In this document: positions 49,410 to 59,930 of the stretch, in pieces | Layout: every line of letters starts with the position of its first letter | Numbering within the stretch: position 1 is the stretch's first letter | Assembly (NCBI GenBank): GCA_041665945.1 | Contig: JBAYHU010000002.1 | Coordinates: 43,350 to 107,349 of the forward strand | Source: Candidatus Micrarchaeia archaeon | Lineage (GTDB): Archaea > Micrarchaeota > Micrarchaeia > Anstonellales > Anstonellaceae | Direction: 5' to 3' | DNA: 64,000 bases | Position numbers and translations under genes: made by a program | Notes under the pieces: generated by a model | What the model was told of the DNA's origin: nothing | Database searches by the model: none | Seen by the model: the letters and a program-made list of their open reading frames with translations, nothing else

Positions 49410-49453
49410 GGGGCGAAGAAAGGATTAAAAGCCGGGATGAACGAAGTGATTGC

Positions 49454-49690
49454 ATGGGAAAAAAACTGAAAGAGTTTGATGTTGTTTTCGAGTCTGGCGA
49501 AGATGGTTACGTGGCGGCATTCGTCCCGGCGCTGCCCGGGTGCCACACGCAGGGCAGGACTATTGCCGAAGCGGTGCGGAACGTGAAGGAGGCAATCAGC
49601 CTGTACCTTGAGGTCGCATCGGAGAGCAGGGCACGCTCCAAGTCAAAATTCATGGGCATCCGGAGGATAGGCGTCCCTCTTCCTGCGTGA
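49454..49690 (+). CDS. hicB: HicB-family antitoxin (short form)
   Basis: VPALPGCHTQG.TI.EA..N.KEAI.LYLE. Confidence 0.92.
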   Translation: MGKKLKEFDVVFESGEDGYVAAFVPALPGCHTQGRTIAEAVRNVKEAISLYLEVASESRARSKSKFMGIRRIGVPLPA

Positions 49691-49694
49691 GCGC

Positions 49695-49922
49695 ATGAAA
49701 CTGAAGCCGGTTTCTCCCAAGAAAGTCGTCTCAGTCCTGATTGAACTTGGCTATTCGCCGGTTCGACAAAAAGGCTCGCACCTGATTCTGCGGAATGACA
49801 AGGGGAAGCTATCGGTGGTGCCGATGCACCAAAAGGACATCGGCGTCAGCCTGCTGCGCGAAATCATCCGCGAACTCGGAATAACGCGGGAAGAGTTCCT
49901 TGCGCTTTGCAGGAAGAAATAG
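49695..49922 (+). CDS. hicA: HicA-family toxin
   Basis: RQKGSH, VVPMH, LL..II. Confidence 0.92.
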   Translation: MKLKPVSPKKVVSVLIELGYSPVRQKGSHLILRNDKGKLSVVPMHQKDIGVSLLREIIRELGITREEFLALCRKK

Positions 49923-50010
49923 GCAAGCACGCAATGGTGAAGGATCGGTGCGCCCGGCATAGTTTTCGGGCAGATAATGAGGGCGGAGAAGAACGTGTGA
50001 GCCCCGGAAT

Positions 50011-52050
50011 TCAGTCTCTCTTTCCTTTCATCATCGCGCCCATCTTTGCGATCAGCTTGCGCTTCTTCTCCGAGTCGACAAGCGCGACTTTCAGGACATC
50101 CGTGAAGGTGCTGGCGGGGATGATTTCAATCTTGTTCTTGAACTTGCCGGAAAGGTAAATGTCCTCGACATTGCTCTTGGGCACGATTATGTGCTTGATG
50201 CCGGATTCTATCGCGGCTTCGGTCTTGCCAGTCACCCCGCCAACAGGCAGCACTTCCCCGCGCACGGACAGCGAACCGGTCATTGCGATATCCTGCCTGA
50301 CAGGTATGCCCTCCATTGCGGAGATTATCGCCACTGCGATTGAAATGGACGCGGAATCGCCCTCCACGCCTTCGTATGTCTGGAGGAACTGCACGTGCAT
50401 GTCGTATTGAGAGACATCCTTGCCCATGTGCTTTTTCATGATTGCAGAGACATTCTCAACCGCCTCTTTTGCGATTGTGCCGAGTTTTCCTGTTGCTATG
50501 AGCTTGCCTTCGGATTTCGAGGATGCGGGCGTCACTTCCGCTACAATCGGCATTACCAGCCCGGAGGATGCATCACCCAGAACAGCAAGCCCGTTGACCT
50601 TGCCGACCTGTGCCCCTTCGGTCATGAATACCTGATAATCTTTCCTGCCCTCGACAAAGCGACTGCTCATCTGCTGCTCGATTGTCTGGGCAACGCCGCG
50701 CGCGCGGACTACATGCTCCGCATCCACGACTTTTGCCTTCTCTTCGTTCGCTATGTCGCCTGCTGCGCGCACAAGCCCGCCGAGTTCGCGCAGGTTGAGG
50801 GACAAGCGCTTCTTCCTTCCGGCTTTCCTCTTGGCTTCCTCGATTATTTCCTGCACTGCGTCATAAGTGAAATGGGGGATTTTTTTGTCCTTTGCGATTT
50901 CCTGCGCCACGAACTGCACGTAGCGGTCGCGGTTCTCAGGCGTGTCGGGCATGGAATCCTGGACGTAAAGCTCGTAGCCGTTGCCGCGGATTCTCGAGCG
51001 CAGCGCGGGGTGCATGGCGCGGATGTCGAAGAGGTTGCCTGCTGCGACCAGAACGAATTCACATGGAACCGGCTCGGTTTTCACTATTGCGCCGGATGAG
51101 TTTTCGCTCTGCCCTGTTATCGGGTATTTCTTTTCCTGCATTGCCGTGAGAAGCTCCTGCTGGGAGCGCGGCTTGAGCGAGGCTATTTCATCAATGTAAA
51201 GAACTCCCTTGTTGGCGCGGTGTATTGCGCCTGCTTCCACTCGCAAGTGCGCAGGAGTGCCAAGCCCGCCTGATTGCAGCGGGTCGTGCTTCACATCGCC
51301 TAAAAGCGCGCCTGCCTTTGAGCCGGTCGCGTCAACGAACGGGGCGGCTTTCTTGCCGGTGTTGTCCACCACGAGCTTGGGCTCATTGTAGTCGGTTCCC
51401 ATGCCCATGCGCTTGCCGAATGTATTCGTGAAGCGGAATAGAAGGTAGAGTATGCCCACGCCCAAAAGCGCGGCGAGCACGAACCACTTGTTCTCGTTGT
51501 TCAATGAGCCGGTTGCGTAAAGGAAAATGATTGCCGCGATTATTATGAAGAGAAAAACCATGCCGTTGGGCGCGCCCTTGTAAGCAGATGCCTCGCGCTG
51601 CCGCGCCGCCTGCTGCATCATCCTGCCCTGTCCCATGTCCTCGTCTTCCGGAGCTGGCTTCTGCTTCCTGCCCGTCGCTTTCTCCGCCTGCGCGGATAGC
51701 TGCGCAAACATCTGGCGCATCTGGCGGAAAGCCGCGTACATCTGGGAAAGCTGCGGGTCCTTGCGTATTTCTTCCTCTGAAGGATAAGTGGTGACAGTGC
51801 GGACAATCGGGCGGTTCTCGTCGTTGGGGTTGGGATATACCAGCACGTCCTCAAGCTCGGCTGCGGGCATGAGTTCAGCCATCGCCTGCGCAAGCATGGA
51901 TTTGCCGGTGCCGGGCGTGCCAATCATCAGCACGTTGCGCCTCTGCGCAGCCGCCTTTTTCACAATCTTGACCGACTCGTCCTGCCCGATTACCTGGTCT
52001 ATGAGCTTCTGTGGAACCTTGATTTCTTCCGTTGTTTTGAAAGCGCGCAT
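50011..52050 (-). CDS. lonB: ATP-dependent protease LonB
   Basis: [16 protein letters not shown] hairpin insert, [21 protein letters not shown]. Confidence 0.96.
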   Translation of the reverse strand: MRAFKTTEEIKVPQKLIDQVIGQDESVKIVKKAAAQRRNVLMIGTPGTGKSMLAQAMAELMPAAELEDVLVYPNPNDENRPIVRTVTTYPSEEEIRKDPQLSQMYAAFRQMRQMFAQLSAQAEKATGRKQKPAPEDEDMGQGRMMQQAARQREASAYKGAPNGMVFLFIIIAAIIFLYATGSLNNENKWFVLAALLGVGILYLLFRFTNTFGKRMGMGTDYNEPKLVVDNTGKKAAPFVDATGSKAGALLGDVKHDPLQSGGLGTPAHLRVEAGAIHRANKGVLYIDEIASLKPRSQQELLTAMQEKKYPITGQSENSSGAIVKTEPVPCEFVLVAAGNLFDIRAMHPALRSRIRGNGYELYVQDSMPDTPENRDRYVQFVAQEIAKDKKIPHFTYDAVQEIIEEAKRKAGRKKRLSLNLRELGGLVRAAGDIANEEKAKVVDAEHVVRARGVAQTIEQQMSSRFVEGRKDYQVFMTEGAQVGKVNGLAVLGDASSGLVMPIVAEVTPASSKSEGKLIATGKLGTIAKEAVENVSAIMKKHMGKDVSQYDMHVQFLQTYEGVEGDSASISIAVAIISAMEGIPVRQDIAMTGSLSVRGEVLPVGGVTGKTEAAIESGIKHIIVPKSNVEDIYLSGKFKNKIEIIPASTFTDVLKVALVDSEKKRKLIAKMGAMMKGKRD

Positions 52051-52128
52051 GATGACACCTGAAAATAAGTTGAGTGTTGTGGATGGCTCGGTTCGGGTTT
52101 AAAAGGGTTTGTTCCCGGAGCTGCCCGC

Positions 52129-52689
52129 TCACTTATTCGCAACGATATCCGCGACTTGGTAGGTAAGCGAATTTATCGAAGCGTTGATATTCGTTGAAAG
52201 CCTCGCCTTTGCCGCGTCGCACTCGGTTATTATGGAGCAGCGGTTGAAGTCCAGCCAGCTTCCGTAGACCGGCGTGTCCTTAAGCGAGATGATGAGCGCC
52301 TCGAGGCGCTTGATTTTCGGGGTTGTCGGAACCTTGCCGGGCCCGTACGCGTCGTCGAAGTAGGTCTGCACGAGCTTGTATTGGGCTATGAGGTCGGTTT
52401 TCACGCGGGCTGCGGCGAGCACTTCCGAGCCGTCCTTCAGCGTGGCTATCTGCTCCTGCTGGTCGGAAATCAGGGTTTCAGTCGCCTTCCTCGCGTCGTT
52501 GCAGTCGTCCAGCTGCGTCTTGCAGCTGTTCACGCGCGACGTCATGGAATCAAGCGCCGCGGTGGATTCCGCTTTTTGCAGGGCGCATGTTGCCGCCAAA
52601 TCGTCGTATTTCGACTGCGGCACGGTGGCTGCGCAGCCGGCAAGAAGAATGATGCAGGCGATAATGGCGAATGCCGACGTCTTTTGCAT
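52129..52689 (-). CDS. Putative lipoprotein with coiled coil
   Basis: LLAGC lipobox; heptad-like segment with Cys residues. Confidence 0.7.
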   Translation of the reverse strand: MQKTSAFAIIACIILLAGCAATVPQSKYDDLAATCALQKAESTAALDSMTSRVNSCKTQLDDCNDARKATETLISDQQEQIATLKDGSEVLAAARVKTDLIAQYKLVQTYFDDAYGPGKVPTTPKIKRLEALIISLKDTPVYGSWLDFNRCSIITECDAAKARLSTNINASINSLTYQVADIVANK

Positions 52690-52742
52690 GAGAAGGAAAT
52701 GCGCCCAGCTTTTATATTATATATAGATGGAGAAGCGCGAGT

Positions 52743-52802
52743 GTGTTAAGTTGGTGCTAACAGTGTTAACAACGTATTAACATTTATAAACTCTTGTTAA
52801 TA
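52743..52802 (+). promoter_or_regulatory. Promoter with inverted-repeat operator around the TATA box
   Basis: TATTAACA(52775-82)-TTTATAAA-CTCT-TGTTAATA(52795-802), plus extra TGTTAA/TAACA half-sites upstream. Confidence 0.7.
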
Positions 52803-52822
52803 AGGAATTGACAGTGAGTGAT

Positions 52823-53263
52823 ATGGAAAAGGAAAAGACCTCGATGGTTGCAAGAAAGCCGCCCGCGCAGGACGCGGACACCGAGCTTGTCGAGCTTTGC
52901 AGGATGATGAGGCTCATGTCCGAGCGGGACGTGGATGCCACGCTTGCGCAGGTGCTCAAGACCATGATGGTTTCAGCCCGCGACCGCCCCGTAGGTGGGA
53001 GCGAGCTTGCCAAGGCGTCGGGAATCAACAGGATAACTATCATACACCACCTCAAGCGGCTTGAAATCGCGGGCTTCGTGCGCCGCGACGAGGGCAAGTA
53101 CGTGATGCGCGTGCATTCCGCCGAGGGAATGCTTGTGGAATTCCGCAAGGAGATGGAAGAGGCGTTCGCCGAGATGGACGAGCTTGCCCGCGAAATAGAC
53201 CAGCAGTTCGAGCAGGCGGGCAGGGGCGCGGTGGACATAAACAGGCGCAGGCGCCTGCCTTAG
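52823..53263 (+). CDS. Winged-HTH regulator with C-terminal helix, first gene of the grpE-dnaK operon
   Basis: SELAKASGINRITIIHHLKRLEIAGFV. Confidence 0.85.
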   Translation: MEKEKTSMVARKPPAQDADTELVELCRMMRLMSERDVDATLAQVLKTMMVSARDRPVGGSELAKASGINRITIIHHLKRLEIAGFVRRDEGKYVMRVHSAEGMLVEFRKEMEEAFAEMDELAREIDQQFEQAGRGAVDINRRRRLP

Positions 53264-53276
53264 GGGTTGCAATCTT

Positions 53277-53864
53277 ATGAACAAGAACGAAACGCGCACG
53301 GAAAACGCTGCAAAACAGGCGGCAAACGACACCGAGCACTCGCAGTCGAACCTCGTGCCCGGGCAGGAGGATGCGGAAAAGGAGCTTTCGGAAACGACTG
53401 ACCGACTGCTTCGCCTGACGGCGGAATTCGACAATTACAAGAAGCGGACGGCAAAGGAGAAGGAGCAGCTCGCGATTCATGCCGAAGGGAAGCTCATGCT
53501 CCAGTTCCTCCCGATTTACGAGGAAATTGCGCTTGCGGAAAAGGAAGCGGCAAAGGTGAAGGAAGAGGCGGTGCGCGAGGGAGTGCTGATGGTGCTCTCC
53601 AAACTGCGCGCGGCGTTCGAGAAGGAAGGCTTGCAGGAAATGAAGCTCGACGGCGAGAAATTCGACCCGTACCGCCACGAAGTCGCGCTTCGCGAGGAGT
53701 CGGACGCGCCGGAAGGCGAGATTGTGAGGGTAATACAGAAAGGGTATTTGTTCAAGGGCGCCGTGCTGCGGCACGCGATTGTTTCCGTTTCAAGCGGAAA
53801 AAAGGCAAGCGGGATGAAAAAAGCGGATGATGCTGACGAAAAAACCGAACCGGAGAAAGAGTGA
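53277..53864 (+). CDS. grpE: Nucleotide exchange factor GrpE
   Basis: RL.AEFDNYKKR, FDPY.HE, QKGY....VLR.A.V. Confidence 0.97.
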   Translation: MNKNETRTENAAKQAANDTEHSQSNLVPGQEDAEKELSETTDRLLRLTAEFDNYKKRTAKEKEQLAIHAEGKLMLQFLPIYEEIALAEKEAAKVKEEAVREGVLMVLSKLRAAFEKEGLQEMKLDGEKFDPYRHEVALREESDAPEGEIVRVIQKGYLFKGAVLRHAIVSVSSGKKASGMKKADDADEKTEPEKE

Positions 53865-53873
53865 GGTGGGAAC

Positions 53874-54206
53874 ATGCAAGGATTTGCAATAGTCAAGCTC
53901 GAAGCCGACAACGTCGCGGTTGAGGAAAACGTTGTCCAGCAGTTCAACGAGTACATGCAGAGAACCGAAAAGACGCAGTCGTTCGTCCATGACGGGGAAG
54001 GGTATTTCCGCATGGCTTACAGCGAGAAAGTCGGCATGACGTCCGCCCCGATTGAGACGTTCGGGAATTTCCTGCTCTCAAGCGGGTATTCGGTGAACGG
54101 GATATCGAGCGCGAACACGATTGACGGGGAAAACGGAACCATGGTTTCGTTTGAAAAAGGCGGAAAGGAGGCGCACGTGACGCTTTCCACCGTGAGAATA
54201 TATTGA
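53874..54206 (+). CDS. Hypothetical protein
   Basis: SD GAGGTG; ORF fills the gap in the operon. Confidence 0.65.
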   Translation: MQGFAIVKLEADNVAVEENVVQQFNEYMQRTEKTQSFVHDGEGYFRMAYSEKVGMTSAPIETFGNFLLSSGYSVNGISSANTIDGENGTMVSFEKGGKEAHVTLSTVRIY

Positions 54207-54213
54207 GAAGGCG

Positions 54214-55257
54214 ATGACCATGGCTATCGATGAAGAAAAAATTCTCAAGAATACCGATGCATACACGGCAGTTATGTTCGGAGGCTTGTTCGGCGCGTTT
54301 GTAGGAATAATTTTTTCTCTGTTCATTCTTCCATTTACACTTAGGGGCACTGATGGAAGAATAATGTATTTTGCAACTGAAACTCCTATGACTTTGCCTT
54401 TGCAATTCGACCAATGGCAGGTGTTTGTACTTGGAATGTTTCTAGTGTTTTTAGTGTTGTTTGCAGTAATGGCTACGATATTTCAAACACTCCTAAGATG
54501 GAAAAGCAATGCGCTTAAGGACGTAAAATTGCCTGCAGAATACATCAAAAAGAACATTTACTGGATAGTTGGCATAGGTCTTTTGGTTTCCTTTGGAATA
54601 GTAGGTTGGGACTCCACAAAAATTATCGCCCTATCTACTGTCGCATACACTCTGATGACGATGTTGTTAGTTCTAGAGAATAAAGCGATGAGAGAAGCGC
54701 AGACAGAACCTAGAATGTCAGTATATCTAAAACCAAGAGAAGAATCGATAAATCTGATGGATTTGAATGTTGAAAATATCGGTATGGGGCCTGCCTTTGA
54801 CATCAATTTTAAGATAGAACCAGATTTTGCCTGCATGGGAACCGGTAATCTTTCAACGATACTAAACAAGATAGCGTATCTCACACCGAAAAATACTAGG
54901 AGCGTATTCCTCACTAGCATGCTGGACAACTTTGAAGAAAAAAAGAAGACAAAACTTCTCGTTAAAGTTAGTTATAAAGATAAAAACGGAAAGCAATACA
55001 CAGAAGAATTTACCTTAGATTTCTCTGAATTCGTAGGACTAACCCAGATAGGGAAACCGCCTCTTCATGAAATAGCAGATAATACTGAGAAAATTAGTAA
55101 GGCAATTGAGGGCATACTCTCGAGTTCTGATAGTTTCAGAAAGCCAGAGATTATCGTAACAACAAGAAAAGAGATTGCAGATGAGCGCCAAAAATTAACA
55201 AAGGAAATGAAAAAGAAATTTGAAGCACAGAAGAAAGAGAAACAAAATAATGTTTGA
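54214..55257 (+). CDS. AT-rich multi-TM protein with beta-rich C-terminal domain
   Basis: About 4 TM helices, then P..SVY..., VENIG.GPAFDI; atypical composition. Confidence 0.75.
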   Translation: MTMAIDEEKILKNTDAYTAVMFGGLFGAFVGIIFSLFILPFTLRGTDGRIMYFATETPMTLPLQFDQWQVFVLGMFLVFLVLFAVMATIFQTLLRWKSNALKDVKLPAEYIKKNIYWIVGIGLLVSFGIVGWDSTKIIALSTVAYTLMTMLLVLENKAMREAQTEPRMSVYLKPREESINLMDLNVENIGMGPAFDINFKIEPDFACMGTGNLSTILNKIAYLTPKNTRSVFLTSMLDNFEEKKKTKLLVKVSYKDKNGKQYTEEFTLDFSEFVGLTQIGKPPLHEIADNTEKISKAIEGILSSSDSFRKPEIIVTTRKEIADERQKLTKEMKKKFEAQKKEKQNNV

Positions 55258-55271
55258 AAAAGGTGATTGGA

Positions 55272-57155
55272 ATGTCAAAAATAATCGGAATTGATTTGGG
55301 AACTTCGAATTCGGCAGCCGCGGTAATGGAAGGCGGCAGGCCGACGATTGTGCCATCCGCAGAGGGCGCGACGCAGTACGGGAAGGCGTTCCCGTCTTAT
55401 GTGGCGTTCACAGAGGAGGGGCTGAAACTCGTGGGCGAGCCGGCAAGAAGGCAGGCTGTCGCAAACCCCGAGGGGACTTTCTCCGCCTTCAAGCGCAAGA
55501 TGGGAAGCGACTTCAAGTACAGCGCGCACGGCAAGGAATACCGCCCGCAGGAACTCTCGGCATTCCTCCTTTCGAAGATAAAGGCTGACGCAGAGATGTA
55601 CCTTGGCGACAAGGTGGACAAGGCAGTAATCACCGTGCCGGCTTATTTCAACGACAACCAGAGGCAGGCGACAAAAGACGCTGGCTCGATTGCGGGCTTG
55701 GAAGTAATCAGGATTATCAACGAGCCTACCGCCGCTGCGCTTGCGTACGGGCTTGACAAGGCGGACAAGGATCAGAAAATCGTTGTCTTCGACTTGGGCG
55801 GCGGAACGCTGGACGTCACAGTCATGGATTTCGGCAAGGGCGTATTCGAGGTGAAATCCACTTCCGGAGACACGCAATTGGGCGGAACAGACATGGACAA
55901 TGCGATTGTTGACCATCTGGTCGGCATATTCCTGCATGACAGCGGGATAAACGTGCAGTCAGACAGGCAGGCGATGCAGAGATTGCGCGAGGCTGGCGAG
56001 AAGGCGAAGATAGAGCTTTCCACTGTGCTCGAATCTGACATCAATTTGCCTTTCCTGTCCGCAGACAAGACGGGACCGAAACATTTCGCGTACAAGCTCA
56101 CAAGGGCGAAACTCGAGGAAATCGTGGAGCCGATTGTGAGCAGGTGCAAAAAGCCTGTGCAGCAGGCGATGTCCGACGCGAAGCTTTCGCAGACGCAGGT
56201 GGACAAGATTATCCTCGTAGGAGGGCCAACCCGCATGCCGATTGTGCAGAGGTTCGTGGAAAGCACGTTCGGGAAAAAGCCCGAGCGCGGCGTGGACCCC
56301 ATGGAATGCGTGGCAATGGGCGCGGCTGTGCAGGCGGGAGTCATTTCGGGTGATGTGAAAGACATCCTGCTCTTGGACGTAACGCCTCTGGCAATGGGAA
56401 TAGAAACAATGGGCGGCGTATTCACCAAGCTTATTGAGCGGAACACCACCATCCCGACGAGAAAATCCCAGATTTTCTCGACAGCCGCGGACTCCCAGTC
56501 CTCGGTCGAAGTGCATGTTTTGCAGGGCGAGCGCGCCATGGCAAGGGACAACATCGAGCTTGGAAAGTTCTCGCTCATGGGAATCCCGCCTGCCCCGCGC
56601 GGAGTGCCGCAAATCGAGGTCACGTTCGACATCGACGCCAACGGCATAATGCACGTGGGCGCAAAGGACATGGGAACCGGCAAGGAGCAGAAGATGCAGA
56701 TTGTCTCCCCGCACAAGATGGACAAGAATGAAATCGAGAAGAAGATGAAGGAAGCCGAGCAGTTCGCGGAAGACGACAAGCGCCTGAAGGAAGAGGCTGA
56801 GACGAAAAACGAAGCCGAGACGCTCGTTTACTCCGCGGAGAAAACGCTTTCAGAGCTTGGGGACAAGATTTCCGCCGAACTGAAAACAAAGGTGCAGGAA
56901 GCCTCGAAGGAAGTGAAGGATGCGCTTGAGAAGAAGGACATTGCCGCGATAAAACCGGCTGTCGAGAAGCTCAAGAAGGCTCTTCAGGAAGCCGGCGGCT
57001 CGCTTTACGGAAAAGGCGAGCAGGGCGCAGGACCGGGAGGCCCCGGCGGAGCTGGCGGGCCTGACTTCGGGCAGGGCGGCAATGGCGCAGGCGGCGCGGG
57101 AAGCGGCGGTGCTGGCGGAGACAACGTCTACGACGCCGACTTCAAGAAGGTCTGA
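55272..57155 (+). CDS. dnaK: Chaperone DnaK (Hsp70)
   Basis: [33 protein letters not shown]; Gly-rich tail ending DADFKKV. Confidence 0.99.
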   Translation: MSKIIGIDLGTSNSAAAVMEGGRPTIVPSAEGATQYGKAFPSYVAFTEEGLKLVGEPARRQAVANPEGTFSAFKRKMGSDFKYSAHGKEYRPQELSAFLLSKIKADAEMYLGDKVDKAVITVPAYFNDNQRQATKDAGSIAGLEVIRIINEPTAAALAYGLDKADKDQKIVVFDLGGGTLDVTVMDFGKGVFEVKSTSGDTQLGGTDMDNAIVDHLVGIFLHDSGINVQSDRQAMQRLREAGEKAKIELSTVLESDINLPFLSADKTGPKHFAYKLTRAKLEEIVEPIVSRCKKPVQQAMSDAKLSQTQVDKIILVGGPTRMPIVQRFVESTFGKKPERGVDPMECVAMGAAVQAGVISGDVKDILLLDVTPLAMGIETMGGVFTKLIERNTTIPTRKSQIFSTAADSQSSVEVHVLQGERAMARDNIELGKFSLMGIPPAPRGVPQIEVTFDIDANGIMHVGAKDMGTGKEQKMQIVSPHKMDKNEIEKKMKEAEQFAEDDKRLKEEAETKNEAETLVYSAEKTLSELGDKISAELKTKVQEASKEVKDALEKKDIAAIKPAVEKLKKALQEAGGSLYGKGEQGAGPGGPGGAGGPDFGQGGNGAGGAGSGGAGGDNVYDADFKKV

Positions 57156-57213
57156 AGACCTTTTTGTGCATTTGAATGAGCAAGGCGAATTCAAATCGCA
57201 CAAGAAAGTCTGA

Positions 57214-57256
57214 ACTTCTTTTTTCTTTTCTTTATTTTTCTGTTTTTCTTTTCCCC
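57214..57256 (+). terminator. U-rich terminator after dnaK
   Basis: Long pyrimidine/oligo-T tract. Confidence 0.55.
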
Positions 57257-57322
57257 TAAAGCTTGCTGTTTAATATATCTTGTTCTACAAAAATACATTA
57301 ACGAACACACAGGCTGGATACT

Positions 57323-58408
57323 ATGCGGCAAATGAAACTCACACCTGCGAAAACACTTATTCTGGCGGGAATCGTCGCTGCAAGCTCGTTCATATTCACA
57401 AGCAAGCTGATGGAAAACAGGCAAATCATGCAGCTCAAGCCGCTGAAAACCGTTGAAAAGATAGTGCCTCTGAAAAAGGCGAAAAAGGAGGATCTCTCGG
57501 CGCCCGTCAGGAGAATCATGCTTTATGTTGAAAAAGAGGGCACAGGCGCCAAGCAAGACACGGTTGCCAAGCAGACAACCGCGCCAGCCCCAATCAGGAA
57601 GCCGACATTGAGCCGGGCAAGGAATTATCTTGTTTCGAAAGGATTTGAAAAAGCCGGAATTGACTCTCTTCTTGCAGACCCGCGCATCGGCAAGGTGAGC
57701 CTGGAATACGCCAAGACGGATACTGTGAAGGGAAAGATGACATATGAAAGATACAAGAAATACTTCAAGCCAGACGAACTTATGAAAAGGGGCCCGGCAT
57801 TCTACCTGTCCAACAAGGAATACCTCGATTCCATGGAAACCGAAAGCGGGGTGCCTAAGTCGCAGGTGCTGTCGCACCACTGGATAGAGAGCTTTTATGG
57901 GGACTCGACAGGAAGCCGCCTGGCAGTGAATGTCCTCCTGACGAGAATGGAGAGAAATCCCGGGCGGTCCGGTTTCGCGCTCAACGAACTTGCCGCCCTT
58001 TTGCGCCTTTGCAAAAAATACAACAAGGACCCGCTCGAGGTCTATGGCTCGGTCTGGGCGGCGATAACACCTGCGCAGGCGATACCGAGCATGCTTGAAA
58101 GATTCGACAAGCGGCACCCGTGCACAAGCTTCGACGAGCTTGTTTCCGCAAGGAATTCCATAGCTTTCATCTTTGATTATCTCATGCGCTCAGGCGCAAC
58201 CGTGAAATCAGGGTACGCCGTCCCGCCTACCCACAAGGCGGCATATGGGAAAAACAGGCAGAAATACTCGAATTACTTGGCTGCGTTCGACTACAACCAT
58301 TCCGAATGGTATGCGCGGCTTGCCATGGAATTCGCCCTGATGATGGAAATGGAGCTTGTGGCTGAGAGATTGGGCTGGCCGGCAAAAACAGGCGCCAGCA
58401 TGTTCTAG
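57323..58408 (+). CDS. MltB-like (family 3, SLT_2) lytic transglycosylase homologue with N-terminal anchor
   Basis: E..SGVP......WIESFYG..TG, F..NELAALL, YGS.WAA..PAQ.IPS, I..YL..SG, YNHS..YA in MltB order. Confidence 0.75.
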   Translation: MRQMKLTPAKTLILAGIVAASSFIFTSKLMENRQIMQLKPLKTVEKIVPLKKAKKEDLSAPVRRIMLYVEKEGTGAKQDTVAKQTTAPAPIRKPTLSRARNYLVSKGFEKAGIDSLLADPRIGKVSLEYAKTDTVKGKMTYERYKKYFKPDELMKRGPAFYLSNKEYLDSMETESGVPKSQVLSHHWIESFYGDSTGSRLAVNVLLTRMERNPGRSGFALNELAALLRLCKKYNKDPLEVYGSVWAAITPAQAIPSMLERFDKRHPCTSFDELVSARNSIAFIFDYLMRSGATVKSGYAVPPTHKAAYGKNRQKYSNYLAAFDYNHSEWYARLAMEFALMMEMELVAERLGWPAKTGASMF

Positions 58409-58902
58409 CGGAGGACGACGAGGTTCGTCATTCCCCTTCTTTTGCGCTCAATCAGGCCGCTGTTTTCCATCTTGTCGAGGATGCGCGAGACTTTCACTTT
58501 TGAAAATCCGGTGAGCTTTATCACGTCCGACTGGAAAACCGAGCCCTGCCTTTCCTGAAGAAGCGAAACTATTCTCTTTTCATCAGTGTCGAGTTCGGAG
58601 AGGTTGACCTTGCGCTGCGGCGCGCGGGCTGGCTTGCCCTCCTCCGCTTTCTTCTCCTCCGGATTTTTTCCGATTTGGACGAAAATCCACGCCGCGAGGA
58701 TGCCGATGACGAGTATGAGCGCGGCGATTATCACGTTCTGAGTTTCAAGAATCTTTTCGTGCGGGCAGCCGTTTCCCGCGTCAGTGCAGCTCCCTGCTGC
58801 AAGCTCGTTGAGCGTTTTGTTGTAGAAGAAAACAGCCACTGCGAAGAGCACCAGCAGGGCGATAACTACGCCCATCATCGTCTTGTTTTCGCCGAATTCC
58901 AT
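58405..58902 (-). CDS. Membrane-anchored winged-HTH regulator
   Basis: Two TM helices around loop SCTDAGNGCPHE; C-terminal QSDVIKLTGFSKVKVSRILDKME..GLIER. Confidence 0.88.
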   Translation of the reverse strand: MEFGENKTMMGVVIALLVLFAVAVFFYNKTLNELAAGSCTDAGNGCPHEKILETQNVIIAALILVIGILAAWIFVQIGKNPEEKKAEEGKPARAPQRKVNLSELDTDEKRIVSLLQERQGSVFQSDVIKLTGFSKVKVSRILDKMENSGLIERKRRGMTNLVVLR

Positions 58903-58913
58903 GCTTTGCACCT

Positions 58914-58927
58914 TGAAACTAGTTTCA
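58914..58927. promoter_or_regulatory. Perfect 14-bp palindrome (candidate operator)
   Basis: TGAAACTAGTTTCA between the divergent regulator and the copper genes, next to TATA-like TTAATAAA. Confidence 0.65.
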
Positions 58928-58989
58928 GGAGTATGTTAATAAAGCGTATCAGCCGCCGCGTAGGTAGCGCAAATGGCGATGGTGATGGA

Positions 58990-59187
58990 ATGGCGAAAAT
59001 GGCATTCAAGGTAAGCGGCATGCACTGCGCGAGCTGCGAGAAAATCCTCAAGATGGAAATCGGGGAGCTTGCGGGCGTGAAAAACGTGAAGGCAGATGCC
59101 GTGAAGGGAATCGTGGAAGTCGAGGGAAACAGGCTCGACGCCACGGCAATCAGGAAAGCGATAACGCAGAACGGTTACAAGGTATAG
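58990..59187 (+). CDS. CopZ-like HMA metallochaperone
   Basis: GMHCASC, AI...GYKV. Confidence 0.92.
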   Translation: MAKMAFKVSGMHCASCEKILKMEIGELAGVKNVKADAVKGIVEVEGNRLDATAIRKAITQNGYKV

Positions 59188-59200
59188 GCAGGGTGTTTTG

Positions 59201-59920
59201 ATGGAAGGAAAATCATTCGAAGACGAACTTGAAGAATTCGTGGCAGGCGTGATAACCGGAAAAAAGGAGCTTGCCATCGAAAGGAAGATGCTTCTGATGT
59301 CGGTTGCAAGCTTTGCGCTCCTGCTGCTTGCCGGAGCCGGCGCATACGAAATTTACCTGAAAAACATCTCGGAAATCGGGAAGTTCGTTCCGTATCTCAT
59401 ATACACGGCGATTTCCGCGGTCGCGCTTACCGCGGCAATCGCGCACTACTACGCGCACAGGAGGCAGTTCGCCTGCATGGAGGGCATGATGGTCGGCATG
59501 ACCATCGGCATGATGGGCGGCTTTTTGTTCGGCGCGATAATCGGGGCGACGAACGGGATGTTCGTGGGCAGCGTGTTTGGCATGGCAATCGGCATGGTGG
59601 CAGGCGCGTGGTGCGGCAAGTGCTGCGGCATAATGGGCTTGATGGAAGGGCTGATGGGCGGGCTTATGGCTGGGACAATGGGCGCCATGCTCACAGTCAT
59701 GATGGCATTTGACAACCTCGCGCTGTTCATGCCGATTCTGATTGCGTCGTGCCTTGCAATCATGGGCTGCTTCGCATACATGGTGCATGAGACCGCGGGA
59801 CAGAGGGAAAAGGAAAAGGCAATCGGCTTTGCCGCGTTTTTCGCCCTCGCGCTTCTGCTTTCAATCATCACGGCGGCGGCGATGCTCTTCGCGCCGCGCT
59901 CGTCGGCAGTGGTGCTTTAG
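59201..59920 (+). CDS. Met/Gly/Cys-rich polytopic membrane protein
   Basis: CMEGMMVGMTIGMMGG, WCGKCCG, MEGLMGGLMAGTMG. Confidence 0.8.
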   Translation: MEGKSFEDELEEFVAGVITGKKELAIERKMLLMSVASFALLLLAGAGAYEIYLKNISEIGKFVPYLIYTAISAVALTAAIAHYYAHRRQFACMEGMMVGMTIGMMGGFLFGAIIGATNGMFVGSVFGMAIGMVAGAWCGKCCGIMGLMEGLMGGLMAGTMGAMLTVMMAFDNLALFMPILIASCLAIMGCFAYMVHETAGQREKEKAIGFAAFFALALLLSIITAAAMLFAPRSSAVVL

Positions 59921-59930
59921 GGGGGATTGA

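Noticed and set aside
49454-49922. hicBA as a marker of a mobile element
   Set aside because: No integrase, transposase or att-like repeats nearby; solitary hicBA pairs are common in archaea
52743-52802. CIRCE element
   Set aside because: Only GTGCTAA (52754-60) matches part of the right arm; no TTAGCAC left arm at the correct spacing
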